Assembly: GCA_963780815.1 (NCBI GenBank)
Contig: CAWADG010000008.1
Location: 131,306 to 195,305 of the forward strand
DNA: 64,000 nucleotides
Origin: an uncultured Solirubrobacterales bacterium
GTDB lineage: Bacteria; Actinomycetota; Thermoleophilia; Solirubrobacterales; 70-9
Reading direction: 5' to 3'
Shown: one piece after another, positions 44,269 through 52,066 of the stretch
Numbering within the stretch: the stretch's first letter is position 1
How the letters are laid out: every line of letters begins with the position of its first letter
Made by a program: the position numbers and the translations under genes
The notes under the pieces: generated by a model
The model's database searches: none
Told to the model about the DNA's origin: nothing
Seen by the model: the letters and a program-made list of their open reading frames with translations, nothing else

Positions 44269-44523
44269 CTAGGGACGTTTGTGGGCGACCGGCTCGCGCT
44301 CGCCGGCCTCGATCTCCTGCGGTGAGGCTTTGTCGCCCTCGTCGTCGTCGTCGTCACCGCTGATGGAGCCGCGGAACTCGCGGATCCCCTTGCCGAGCGA
44401 GCGTCCCAGTTCGGGCAGGCGTTTCGGCCCGAACACGATCAGGGCGATGATCAGGACGATCGCGATCTCGAGCGGTCCGATGTTGCCAAGCATCAGAACC
44501 ATGGTAACGGGCGCCCGGGCCAT
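44269..44523 (-). CDS. tatA: twin-arginine translocase subunit TatA/E
   Basis: IGPLEIAIVLIIALIVFGPKRLPELGRSLGKGIREFR. The true start may be an internal ATG (44502 or 44493). Confidence 0.85.
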   Translation of the reverse strand: MARAPVTMVLMLGNIGPLEIAIVLIIALIVFGPKRLPELGRSLGKGIREFRGSISGDDDDDEGDKASPQEIEAGEREPVAHKRP

Positions 44524-44622
44524 CAGTGCTGGGGAGCTTGCAGTACCCGATTCTTGTGTTTTCTGGCGTCTATATGGAAAAACGCGGATGGAGTTTCCCT
44601 TTCCTGTGTTCGATAGTCAGGC

Positions 44623-44955
44623 ATGGCCAACGCAAGCCGGACAGGGAAAAGGGTCGGCACCGGGCTCCACATCTGCCCCGAGTGCCACTCAGAGATGATC
44701 CAGCCCACCCGCTGGGAGCAGGCCGACGAGCGAGGCCACTGGCGTCTCTGGCGACGCTGCCCCGAATGCGAGTGGCGCTCCGAAGGCGTTCACGGCGAGC
44801 ACGAGATCGACTGCTTCGACGAAGCGCTGGACCGGGGGACCGAGGTTCTCACCGAGGATCTGCGGACGATCGTCCGCGAGAACATGGAGTGGGTCGCCGA
44901 CACCTTCGCCGCGGCGCTCGCCGCGGATCTCATCACCGCCGATGATTTCGGCTGA
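44623..44955 (+). CDS. zinc-ribbon hypothetical protein
   Basis: 110 aa with CPEC...CPEC (two CxxC pairs). Confidence 0.6.
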   Translation: MANASRTGKRVGTGLHICPECHSEMIQPTRWEQADERGHWRLWRRCPECEWRSEGVHGEHEIDCFDEALDRGTEVLTEDLRTIVRENMEWVADTFAAALAADLITADDFG

Positions 44956-44990
44956 GGGTTAGCGACGTTCGCTGAGGGTTAGCGACGTCC
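44951..44990. repeat. 20-bp tandem duplication spanning the stop codon of the zinc-ribbon gene
   Basis: gctgagggttagcgacgttc (44951-44970) and gctgagggttagcgacgtcc (44971-44990) are 19/20 identical. Confidence 0.9.
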
Positions 44991-45030
44991 TTCTGCGCTC
45001 CGTACTCGCATCACCCGCGTATGGCGGAAT

Positions 45031-45993
45031 TTAGGAATAGCGCTGGACGACGCCGTCGGCGACGAGCTCGAGGAGGCGGCGCTGCTCGGGGTCGAACTCG
45101 GCCCGCTCGAGGCGGCGCTTGGCGCTCGCGACCATCTCCAACGCCCGGGCGCGGACGCGGTCGAGCGCGCCGGTGGCGGCGATCCGGTCGCAGAGGGCCT
45201 CGGCCGAGGCCCGATCGAGCGATCGAAGATCGGCGGCGCTGATCTCTGGGTCGGTCGCGGCCGCCTCGATCAGCGGCAGGGTCACCGTCCCGTCGAGCAG
45301 GTCGGTCCCACGCGCCTTGCCGGTCCGCGACGACGGCCCGGAGACGTCGAGGACGTCGTCGAGCAGCTGGAACGCGAGGCCGACCTCGGCGCCGAAGACC
45401 CCGAGCGAGTCGTCATCGCGGCCGATCCTGCAGGCACACTCGAACAGCGCCGCTGTCTTCAGCCGGCAGCGCTCGAGATAGCGGCCCTCCGAGAGCGCGG
45501 TGTCGTAGGCGTCCTGGCGCTGCGCCAGCTCGCCCCGGGCGAGCGACACCGACGCGGCAGAGAGCAGGGCGACCGCCCGGGTGTCGCGCGGCTCGGCGAG
45601 CAGGGCGAACGCCCGTGAGAGGAGGAGGTCGCCGACCGCGGTCGCGCGGTCGCGCCCGGACTCGGCGAACACCGTCGGGCGGCCGCGGCGAAGATCGGCG
45701 TCGTCGAGGACGTCGTCGTGGACCAGGGTCGCCATGTGGACGAGCTCGATCGCGGCGGCGCCGCGGACCTCCGCCTCCCCCCCACCCTCGCCGGCGCATA
45801 GCAGCGTCAGCATCGGCCGTAACCGCTTGCCGCCGGCGTCGAGGGTCGCCTCAGCGGCGGCGCCGAGCGGGCCGCCGTCCACCGCCTGTCGACGCAACAG
45901 GTCATCGACCTCGCCGAGCCTGACCGGGAGCCAGCGGCTCGATGCGTCGAGGACCGCCGTGACCGGGGGCGGCACTGCCGACGGCCGGGTCAT
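45031..45993 (-). CDS. polyprenyl diphosphate synthase (trans-IPPS, long-chain type)
   Basis: First and second Asp-rich motifs LVHDDVLDD...RRGRPT and FQLLDDVLD. ATGA overlap with menG. Confidence 0.9.
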   Translation of the reverse strand: MTRPSAVPPPVTAVLDASSRWLPVRLGEVDDLLRRQAVDGGPLGAAAEATLDAGGKRLRPMLTLLCAGEGGGEAEVRGAAAIELVHMATLVHDDVLDDADLRRGRPTVFAESGRDRATAVGDLLLSRAFALLAEPRDTRAVALLSAASVSLARGELAQRQDAYDTALSEGRYLERCRLKTAALFECACRIGRDDDSLGVFGAEVGLAFQLLDDVLDVSGPSSRTGKARGTDLLDGTVTLPLIEAAATDPEISAADLRSLDRASAEALCDRIAATGALDRVRARALEMVASAKRRLERAEFDPEQRRLLELVADGVVQRYS

Positions 45994-46760
45994 CCGCGGC
46001 TGCCGCTGTGGATCGTGACGATCCCCCCGGCGAGGATCGTGTACCTGATGCCGATCAGGCCGGCGGCGGCCATCTTCGCCGCCAGGCCGGGGGGGTCGGG
46101 GAAGCTGTGGACCGACTCGGCCAGGTAGGAGTAGGCGGCCGGGTCGCTCGTCAGGCGACCGAGGACGGGCACGATCCGGTCGAACCAGATCGAGTAGAAG
46201 GTCGAGAACGGGGGGCGCCTCGGCTCGGTGAACTCGAGCACGACCAGGCGGCCCCCGGGTCGCAGGACACGCGCCATCTCCTCAAGGCCGCCGTTGCGGT
46301 CGGAGAAGTTGCGGACCCCGAAGCCGACGGTGACCGCGTCGAAGCGGCCCGCGTCGTAGGGGAGCTGAAGCGCGTCGGCCCACTCGAACCGGACCCCGTC
46401 GGCGGCCCGGGCGGTCGCCTTCACGCGGGCGAGGTCGAGCATCGGCTCGGAGAAGTCGCAGCCGATGACGCTGCCTCCGGGCGCGACCCGGGAGGCCAGC
46501 TCGAGGGTCAGGTCCCCGGTTCCGCAGCAGACGTCGAGGGCGGAGCCGCCGGGACCGAGCTCGGTCCGGTCGACGGCCCGCTCGCGCCAGCGGTGGTGGA
46601 GCCCGGCGCTCATCACCGAGTTGAGGAGGTCGTAGCGGGACGCGATCCGGTCGAACATCCGGTTGACCTGGCCCGCGAACTGGGCGGAGTCGCGGGAGGG
46701 TTTCGTCGTCCCGGTCACTGATTCGGCCACCGCATCGCGAGCGCCCCGAGCGCCGGCCAC
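45990..46760 (-). CDS. menG: demethylmenaquinone/ubiquinone methyltransferase (UbiE/MenG)
   Basis: FDRIASRYDLLNSVMSAGLHHRWR and the SAM motif LDVCCGTGD. The GTG start directly abuts the qcrC stop. Confidence 0.9.
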   Translation of the reverse strand: MAGARGARDAVAESVTGTTKPSRDSAQFAGQVNRMFDRIASRYDLLNSVMSAGLHHRWRERAVDRTELGPGGSALDVCCGTGDLTLELASRVAPGGSVIGCDFSEPMLDLARVKATARAADGVRFEWADALQLPYDAGRFDAVTVGFGVRNFSDRNGGLEEMARVLRPGGRLVVLEFTEPRRPPFSTFYSIWFDRIVPVLGRLTSDPAAYSYLAESVHSFPDPPGLAAKMAAAGLIGIRYTILAGGIVTIHSGSRG

Positions 46761-47462
46761 TCAGTCGAGCGAGGCGAGGAAGTCGGCGAGCTGGTTGAGC
46801 TTTTTCGGCGGCAGGTCACGGAACGACGGCATGATCCCAGGCCCGATTTCCAACGAGCGGACGATCGCTGCGCGCGGGATCCTCGACGCGATGTGGGTCA
46901 GTTCCGGCCCCGGCCCGTGGTTGCCGTTCTCGCCGAGCTTGTGGCAGGCAAGGCAGCCGGAGGAGGCGACGACCTCCTTGCCGGCTTCGAATTGGGGCGC
47001 GACCTTCATGTCCACTTCGGTCGGCGAGCCGGCCGTCGCGCCGAGATAGGTCAGGTAGGCCATCGCGATGATCGTCATCAGGCCCGCGGTCGTCGCGATC
47101 GGGCGGCGGCCGGGATGACGCTCCGGCCCGCGGTCGTAGAACGGCAGCGCGATCAGAAGCACCATGCAGACGGTTGGGATCCCGATCGTCGCGATCGGGA
47201 CCAAATGCGGCCCTTTGATCACCCGCAGGACCTCGAAGAGGAAGAAGAAGTACCACTCGGGCCGCGGCACGTAGGTCGTCGTCGTCGGGTCGGCCTTCGG
47301 GCCCTGCTCGGCGCCGAGGACGACGGCCATCAGGATGATCACGGCGACGACGATCAGCGCCATAACCGTGTCCTTCAGCACCGCGTAGGGGAAGAACGGC
47401 TTGCCCTTCTTCTTGAGGAGCTCGTACTCCTCGAGGTATGCCTGCTTCTCGGCGGGCTTCAT
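46761..47462 (-). CDS. qcrC: menaquinol-cytochrome c reductase subunit IV / cytochrome c fusion (Bacillus QcrC type)
   Basis: Subunit IV motif PEWYFFFLFEVLR plus C-terminal heme c site CLACH...MP. ATG at 47462 in an ATGA overlap with qcrB. Confidence 0.85.
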   Translation of the reverse strand: MKPAEKQAYLEEYELLKKKGKPFFPYAVLKDTVMALIVVAVIILMAVVLGAEQGPKADPTTTTYVPRPEWYFFFLFEVLRVIKGPHLVPIATIGIPTVCMVLLIALPFYDRGPERHPGRRPIATTAGLMTIIAMAYLTYLGATAGSPTEVDMKVAPQFEAGKEVVASSGCLACHKLGENGNHGPGPELTHIASRIPRAAIVRSLEIGPGIMPSFRDLPPKKLNQLADFLASLD

Positions 47463-48346
47463 CGGCTCGGCGCCGCTCCGTTGCCGCCGTTGGCGCCGTT
47501 GACGCCGGCGTCGAGCTGGGTCAGCGGCTCGGCGACCTTCGGCTTCTCGGCGTGCACCCACGGCGGCGCGGTGGTGCCGAGCTTGACGACGAGGTAGAGG
47601 TGGGCCCCGATCAGGGCGATGATCGCCCCCGGCAGCAGCAGCATGTGGATCGCGTAGAAGCGCGCGAGCGTGGTCGCCCCGAGCTCCGGCCCGGCGCGCA
47701 GGAAGTCGCTCAGGTAGGGGCCGATGATCGGGCCGGTGCCGTTGATGTTGATCCCGACGACCGAGGCCCAGAACGAGCGCTGGTCGAACGGCAGCAGGTA
47801 CCCGGTGAAGGCCATCGTCATCGTCAGGATCAGGAGCACGACGCCGATCACCCAGTTCAGCTCGCGCGGATACTTGTAGGCGCCGAAGAAGAAGGTCCGC
47901 CCCATGTGGACGAAGATCAGGATCACCATCACGCTGGCGCCCCATTTGTGCATCCCGTGGACCAGCTGGCCGAGGAAGACGTCTTCGTTGATGTGCGAGA
48001 TCGAGCCGTAGGCCTGGGTCGGCGACGGCGTGTAGAACATCGCCAGGAAGACCCCGGTCACGGCCTGGACGATGAACGCGAACAGGGTCGCCGAGCCCAG
48101 CGTGTAGAACCAGTTGGTCCCCTTCGGGACCTTGCGGTAGAGCATCCCTGTGAGAAATCCGGTGGCCGCGGTCCGCTGGTCGACCCAGGCGAGGACATCG
48201 ACCGCAGTGTCCTTGGCGGCGGAGTCGGACGGGCGCTCGGGCGGCGAGGTCCTGAGGTCCGCCGGGGCCGGGCCCTTGGCGCCGTTGCCCTCGCCGGGCT
48301 TGGCGGGTTTCCGCAGCGGTGCGGGGATCAGTGAGTCGAGTTTCAT
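47459..48346 (-). CDS. qcrB: cytochrome b6-type cytochrome b
   Basis: Four-helix b6 pattern with His pairs (FLGQLVHGMHKWGAS..., RFYAIHMLLLPGAIIALIGAHL). GAGG SD. Confidence 0.9.
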   Translation of the reverse strand: MKLDSLIPAPLRKPAKPGEGNGAKGPAPADLRTSPPERPSDSAAKDTAVDVLAWVDQRTAATGFLTGMLYRKVPKGTNWFYTLGSATLFAFIVQAVTGVFLAMFYTPSPTQAYGSISHINEDVFLGQLVHGMHKWGASVMVILIFVHMGRTFFFGAYKYPRELNWVIGVVLLILTMTMAFTGYLLPFDQRSFWASVVGININGTGPIIGPYLSDFLRAGPELGATTLARFYAIHMLLLPGAIIALIGAHLYLVVKLGTTAPPWVHAEKPKVAEPLTQLDAGVNGANGGNGAAPSR

Positions 48347-48360
48347 CGTCTACCTCTCAC

Positions 48361-49038
48361 TCATGGCGGCGGGAAGGTGGAGGGACGGGGCGGGTACAGA
48401 TATTCCCAGATCCCGCCGGTGAACTCGCCCGGGTCGCGGGCGCGGACCGGTTCGAGCTGGGAGGTGACGCTGTAGCGGGGGCCGAGTTCGACCTGATTGC
48501 CCTGGACTCGCGTCTGGAAGCGGTCGAGCGGGCGGACCGGCGGGCCGCCGATGACTTTTCCTTCGAAGTCGTAGACGCCGCCGTGGCAGGGGCAGATGAA
48601 GTTCCCGGCGGCCTCGACGAACCGCACCGGGCAGCCGAGGTGGGCGCAGCGGTTGGAGACGGCGATGAATTCCTTCGGGTCCTCGCCGAGTTCCTTCGAT
48701 CCTTTGCGGACGTAGGCGGTCACCTTGCCGGCATCGCCGATTCCCTGGGTTTCGGTGAAGACGACCTGGCGGTAGGTGTCGGTGACGAAGTCGCTGGTCG
48801 GGCCGACCGCCTCCCAGCGCTCCTTGCCGCGGTGGAAGATCGGGGCGACGGCAAAGCCGACGGCTGGCAGGACGATCGCCAGGCCGGCGACGCCGCCGAG
48901 CCCCTGCACCGCGATCGTGAACGCGTGGCGGCGGGTCATCGACTCGCCCTCGAAGTAGCCCGCAGGCTTGGGCTTCTCGCGCTCCCGTGGAGCCGCCTCG
49001 GCCCCGTTGTGCTTGTCCGCTTCGTCAGCCACTGTCAT
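48361..49038 (-). CDS. qcrA: Rieske 2Fe-2S subunit
   Basis: CAHLGCPV and CPCHGGVY boxes. Tat-like TRRHAF before the TM. Confidence 0.9.
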   Translation of the reverse strand: MTVADEADKHNGAEAAPREREKPKPAGYFEGESMTRRHAFTIAVQGLGGVAGLAIVLPAVGFAVAPIFHRGKERWEAVGPTSDFVTDTYRQVVFTETQGIGDAGKVTAYVRKGSKELGEDPKEFIAVSNRCAHLGCPVRFVEAAGNFICPCHGGVYDFEGKVIGGPPVRPLDRFQTRVQGNQVELGPRYSVTSQLEPVRARDPGEFTGGIWEYLYPPRPSTFPPP

Positions 49039-49059
49039 CCAGATTCAGGACGACGAAGT

Positions 49060-49521
49060 TTATTGCCTGAGGCCCCGGACGGCTCCGCCGGCTCCACCGC
49101 CGATCGCCTCAGCCGAGCGCCGCCACAGCTCCGGCACCCGGTCGGCGCTACCCTCGGCGTGGTGGCGGGCGCACTTGCTGATCAGGTCGGCGAGGACGAG
49201 GACCGCCTCGCTGTCACCGAGCGCCGCCAGCCGCTCGATCCCGAGCGCGTACAGATAGTCGCCGGCGAGCAGGCCGAGGTCGGCGTCCTGCCCGGCGAGC
49301 AGCCGGGGCTTCCCGTAATGGAGCAGATAGCCCTCGCGCACCGCCTCGACGACGAGCGCGTACTCGGCGGGGGCGTCCGCGGCGCGGGGGCCCGCGGCGG
49401 CGATCAGCCCGAAGGCCGGCTCCTCGACCGGGTCGACGACGTGGGCGGCGATCGGCGTCTCGCCGTCGCGGAGCAGGCCGGCAAGAGCCCGCAGCGCGTC
49501 GGCCGGCGCGTCGGCCCTCAC
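49060..49521 (-). CDS. hypothetical protein (weak polyprenyl-synthase-like GDYLYA segment)
   Basis: 153-aa ORF in an ATGA overlap with the hemL stop, located between hemL and qcrA. No confident family assignment. Confidence 0.5.
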   Translation of the reverse strand: MRADAPADALRALAGLLRDGETPIAAHVVDPVEEPAFGLIAAAGPRAADAPAEYALVVEAVREGYLLHYGKPRLLAGQDADLGLLAGDYLYALGIERLAALGDSEAVLVLADLISKCARHHAEGSADRVPELWRRSAEAIGGGAGGAVRGLRQ

Positions 49522-50810
49522 GCGAAGGCCTCTTCGAGGGACTCTGACGCGGCGGCGACGGTGCGGTCGATCGCCGCCTCATCGTGGGCGAGCGAGACGA
49601 ACCAGGCCTCGAACTGGGAGGGCGGCGCCCATATGTGCCGCGCCAGCATCGCGCGGCAGAAGCGGGCGTGGGCTTCGAGGTCGCAGGACGAGGCGCCGAC
49701 GAAGTCGGTCACCGGCGCGGCGCTGAAAAAGAGGGTCAGCAGCCCCGGCGCCGAGGAGATCCGCAGCGGCCGGTCGCCGGTCAACTCGCCGAGGCCGGCT
49801 GCGAGCCGGTCGGTCAGCGACGTCAGCCGCGCGTAGGCACCGGCGTCGAGCGCCCGCAGCGTCGCCAGCCCGGCCGCGATCGCCAGCGGGTTGCCAGAAA
49901 GGGTCCCCGCCTGGTAGACGTCGCCGGCGGGCGCGACGCGCTCCATCGCCGACCTCGGGCCGCCGAAGGCGGCCGCGGGAAGGCCGCCGCCGAGCACCTT
50001 GCCGAGGACAGTCAGGTCGGGCTCGACCCGGTAGCGCTCCTGGGCGCCGCCGCGGCCGACGCGAAACCCGGTGATGACCTCGTCGAGGACGAGCAGGGCG
50101 CCGGCCTTGCGGGTCGCGTCGCGGAGGAACTCGAGGAAGCCGTCCTCGGGCGGGACGATTCCCATGTTCGCCGCGATCGGCTCGGCCAGCAGCGCCGCGA
50201 CCGGGTGGGACTCGAGGGCCCGGGAGACCGCGTCGCGGTCGTTCCAGGGAACTACGACCGTGCCGGCCGCCTGCGCCGCGGTGACGCCGGGGGTCGCCGG
50301 CACCCCGAGCGTCGCCAGGCCGGATCCGGCGTCGGCGAGCAGACCGTCGGAGTGGCCGTGGTAGGCGCCGGCGAACTTGACGACGGTCTCGCGACCGGTG
50401 ACCGCGCGCGCGAGGCGCACCGCCCCCATCGCCGCCTCGGTTCCCGAGCTCGTCATCCGCAGCATCTCGACCGAGGGGATCCGGGCCGCGACTTCCTCCG
50501 CGAGGTCCACCTCGGCCTCGGTGGCGGCGCCGAAGCTGGTGCCGCGAGCGGCGGCCTCGGTGATCGCCGCGACGACCCCCGGGTCGGCATGGCCGAGGAT
50601 CAGCGGCCCCCAGGAGCAGACCCAGTCGACATACCGGTTGCCGTCGACGTCGATCAGCTCGCAGCCCTCGCCGCGCTCGATGAAGATCGGATCGCGCCCG
50701 ATCTGCCGCATCGCCCGCACGGGGCTGTTCACCCCGCCGGGAAGGACGCGGAGGGCCCGCTGGTAGAGGTCAGCGCTTGTGGTGGTCCTGACTCCCATCA
50801 GTTCCGGCAT
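49518..50810 (-). CDS. hemL: glutamate-1-semialdehyde 2,1-aminomutase
   Basis: LPGGVNSPVRA..., class III aminotransferase blocks and GKVLGGGLP. Confidence 0.95.
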   Translation of the reverse strand: MPELMGVRTTTSADLYQRALRVLPGGVNSPVRAMRQIGRDPIFIERGEGCELIDVDGNRYVDWVCSWGPLILGHADPGVVAAITEAAARGTSFGAATEAEVDLAEEVAARIPSVEMLRMTSSGTEAAMGAVRLARAVTGRETVVKFAGAYHGHSDGLLADAGSGLATLGVPATPGVTAAQAAGTVVVPWNDRDAVSRALESHPVAALLAEPIAANMGIVPPEDGFLEFLRDATRKAGALLVLDEVITGFRVGRGGAQERYRVEPDLTVLGKVLGGGLPAAAFGGPRSAMERVAPAGDVYQAGTLSGNPLAIAAGLATLRALDAGAYARLTSLTDRLAAGLGELTGDRPLRISSAPGLLTLFFSAAPVTDFVGASSCDLEAHARFCRAMLARHIWAPPSQFEAWFVSLAHDEAAIDRTVAAASESLEEAFA

Positions 50811-50925
50811 GTCCTCCGCTTCGCGTCCGGGGATGGCGAGCGCCTACCCGACCGAGGTAGATCGGTTGGAGTCAAGAGAGCGAGCGTCCATATCTGATTT
50901 CCGCGAGCGAAGGCTGGGTCGCCAC

Positions 50926-52011
50926 TTAGGACGAGTGCTCCCGCTCCCAGCGGGAGTACTCGTCAGTGAAGTAGTGGAGGCGGATCTTCTTGTACTCGGT
51001 CGAGGAGTAGAGGGTGGCGCGGCCGGCGGGGCCGATCCCGCACTCGGCGGCGATCGAGTCGAGGATCGCGTCGCACTCCTCCTTCGAGCGGCCGTGGGCC
51101 ATCGTGAAGACGCTGTAGGGCCAGTCCTCGTAGGTCGGGCGCTGGTAGCAGTGGGAGATCCCGCGGAACGAGGCCATCAACCGCCCGGTCTCCATGATCT
51201 CCTCCTCGGGCACCTTCCAGACCCCCATACCGTTGGCCGAGAACCCGGCCCGGCGGTGGAAGAGGATCGCCGCGACCCGGCGCAGCAGTTTGCGGTCGAC
51301 CATCCCCCGGAGATGGTCGAGCAGGTCCTCGGTCGCGATCCCCAGCTCCTCCGCGGCGGCGTCGTAGGGCCGCGTGACGGGGTCCATCGGCCCCTGCAGG
51401 GCGCGGATCACGGCGACGTCGCGATCGTCGTAGGGCTGCGGGTCGAGCTCCCGCGGCGGCGCGGCGTCGATGGCGCTGGCGAGGGTCTCTGTGCCCTTCT
51501 CCATCTCCAGGTTCATGTTGATCTTGAACAGGGTCAGGGTCGGCAGCTGGCGCATCGACTCGGCGCCGGTCTCACGCATCAGGACCTCGAGTGTGCCATC
51601 GAGGCCGAGCCGCGAGTCGGGCGGCGTCGCGATCGTGAACCAGAGGTTGAAGTCGTGCGTCCGCAGGTAGTTGTGGGAGACGCCGGGGTGGGAGTTGACG
51701 ACCGCCGCCGCCCGCTGCGGGTTCTCGGCGTCGACTTTGGCCGCAACGAGCATCGACTCGTACCCGAGGGCGCGGGTGTCGAAGATCGGCGTGATCTCGC
51801 GGATGATCCGCTCGTCGAGCAGCCGCGTCGTCCGCGAGATCACCTCGTCCAGCTCGAGTCCGGCCTCGGCGGCGATCAGCCCGAAGGGCTCGGGGTCGAG
51901 CGGGAAGCTCGACTGCAGCAGGTTCATCAGCCGCCTGTCAGTCTCGTCGAGCGGGACCGCGGCGCCGTCCTTGCGCGAGCGGGCCTTCGACTGTGGCACC
52001 TTCAACATCAA
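50926..52011 (-). CDS. fused AsnC/Lrp-like siroheme decarboxylase-like protein (AhbA/AhbB or NirDL type)
   Basis: Two tandem halves, each with an HTH region plus HPGVSHNYLR...NLWFT and RRAGFSANGMGVW...ISHCYQRP...WPYSVFTM. Start is TTG 52011 or ATG 52008. Confidence 0.75.
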   Translation of the reverse strand: MMLKVPQSKARSRKDGAAVPLDETDRRLMNLLQSSFPLDPEPFGLIAAEAGLELDEVISRTTRLLDERIIREITPIFDTRALGYESMLVAAKVDAENPQRAAAVVNSHPGVSHNYLRTHDFNLWFTIATPPDSRLGLDGTLEVLMRETGAESMRQLPTLTLFKINMNLEMEKGTETLASAIDAAPPRELDPQPYDDRDVAVIRALQGPMDPVTRPYDAAAEELGIATEDLLDHLRGMVDRKLLRRVAAILFHRRAGFSANGMGVWKVPEEEIMETGRLMASFRGISHCYQRPTYEDWPYSVFTMAHGRSKEECDAILDSIAAECGIGPAGRATLYSSTEYKKIRLHYFTDEYSRWEREHSS

Positions 52012-52066
52012 GCGTTCACGCTCGCTCGTTCGCAGAGAATCAGATTTCGATGCTCGCTCGCTCGGT

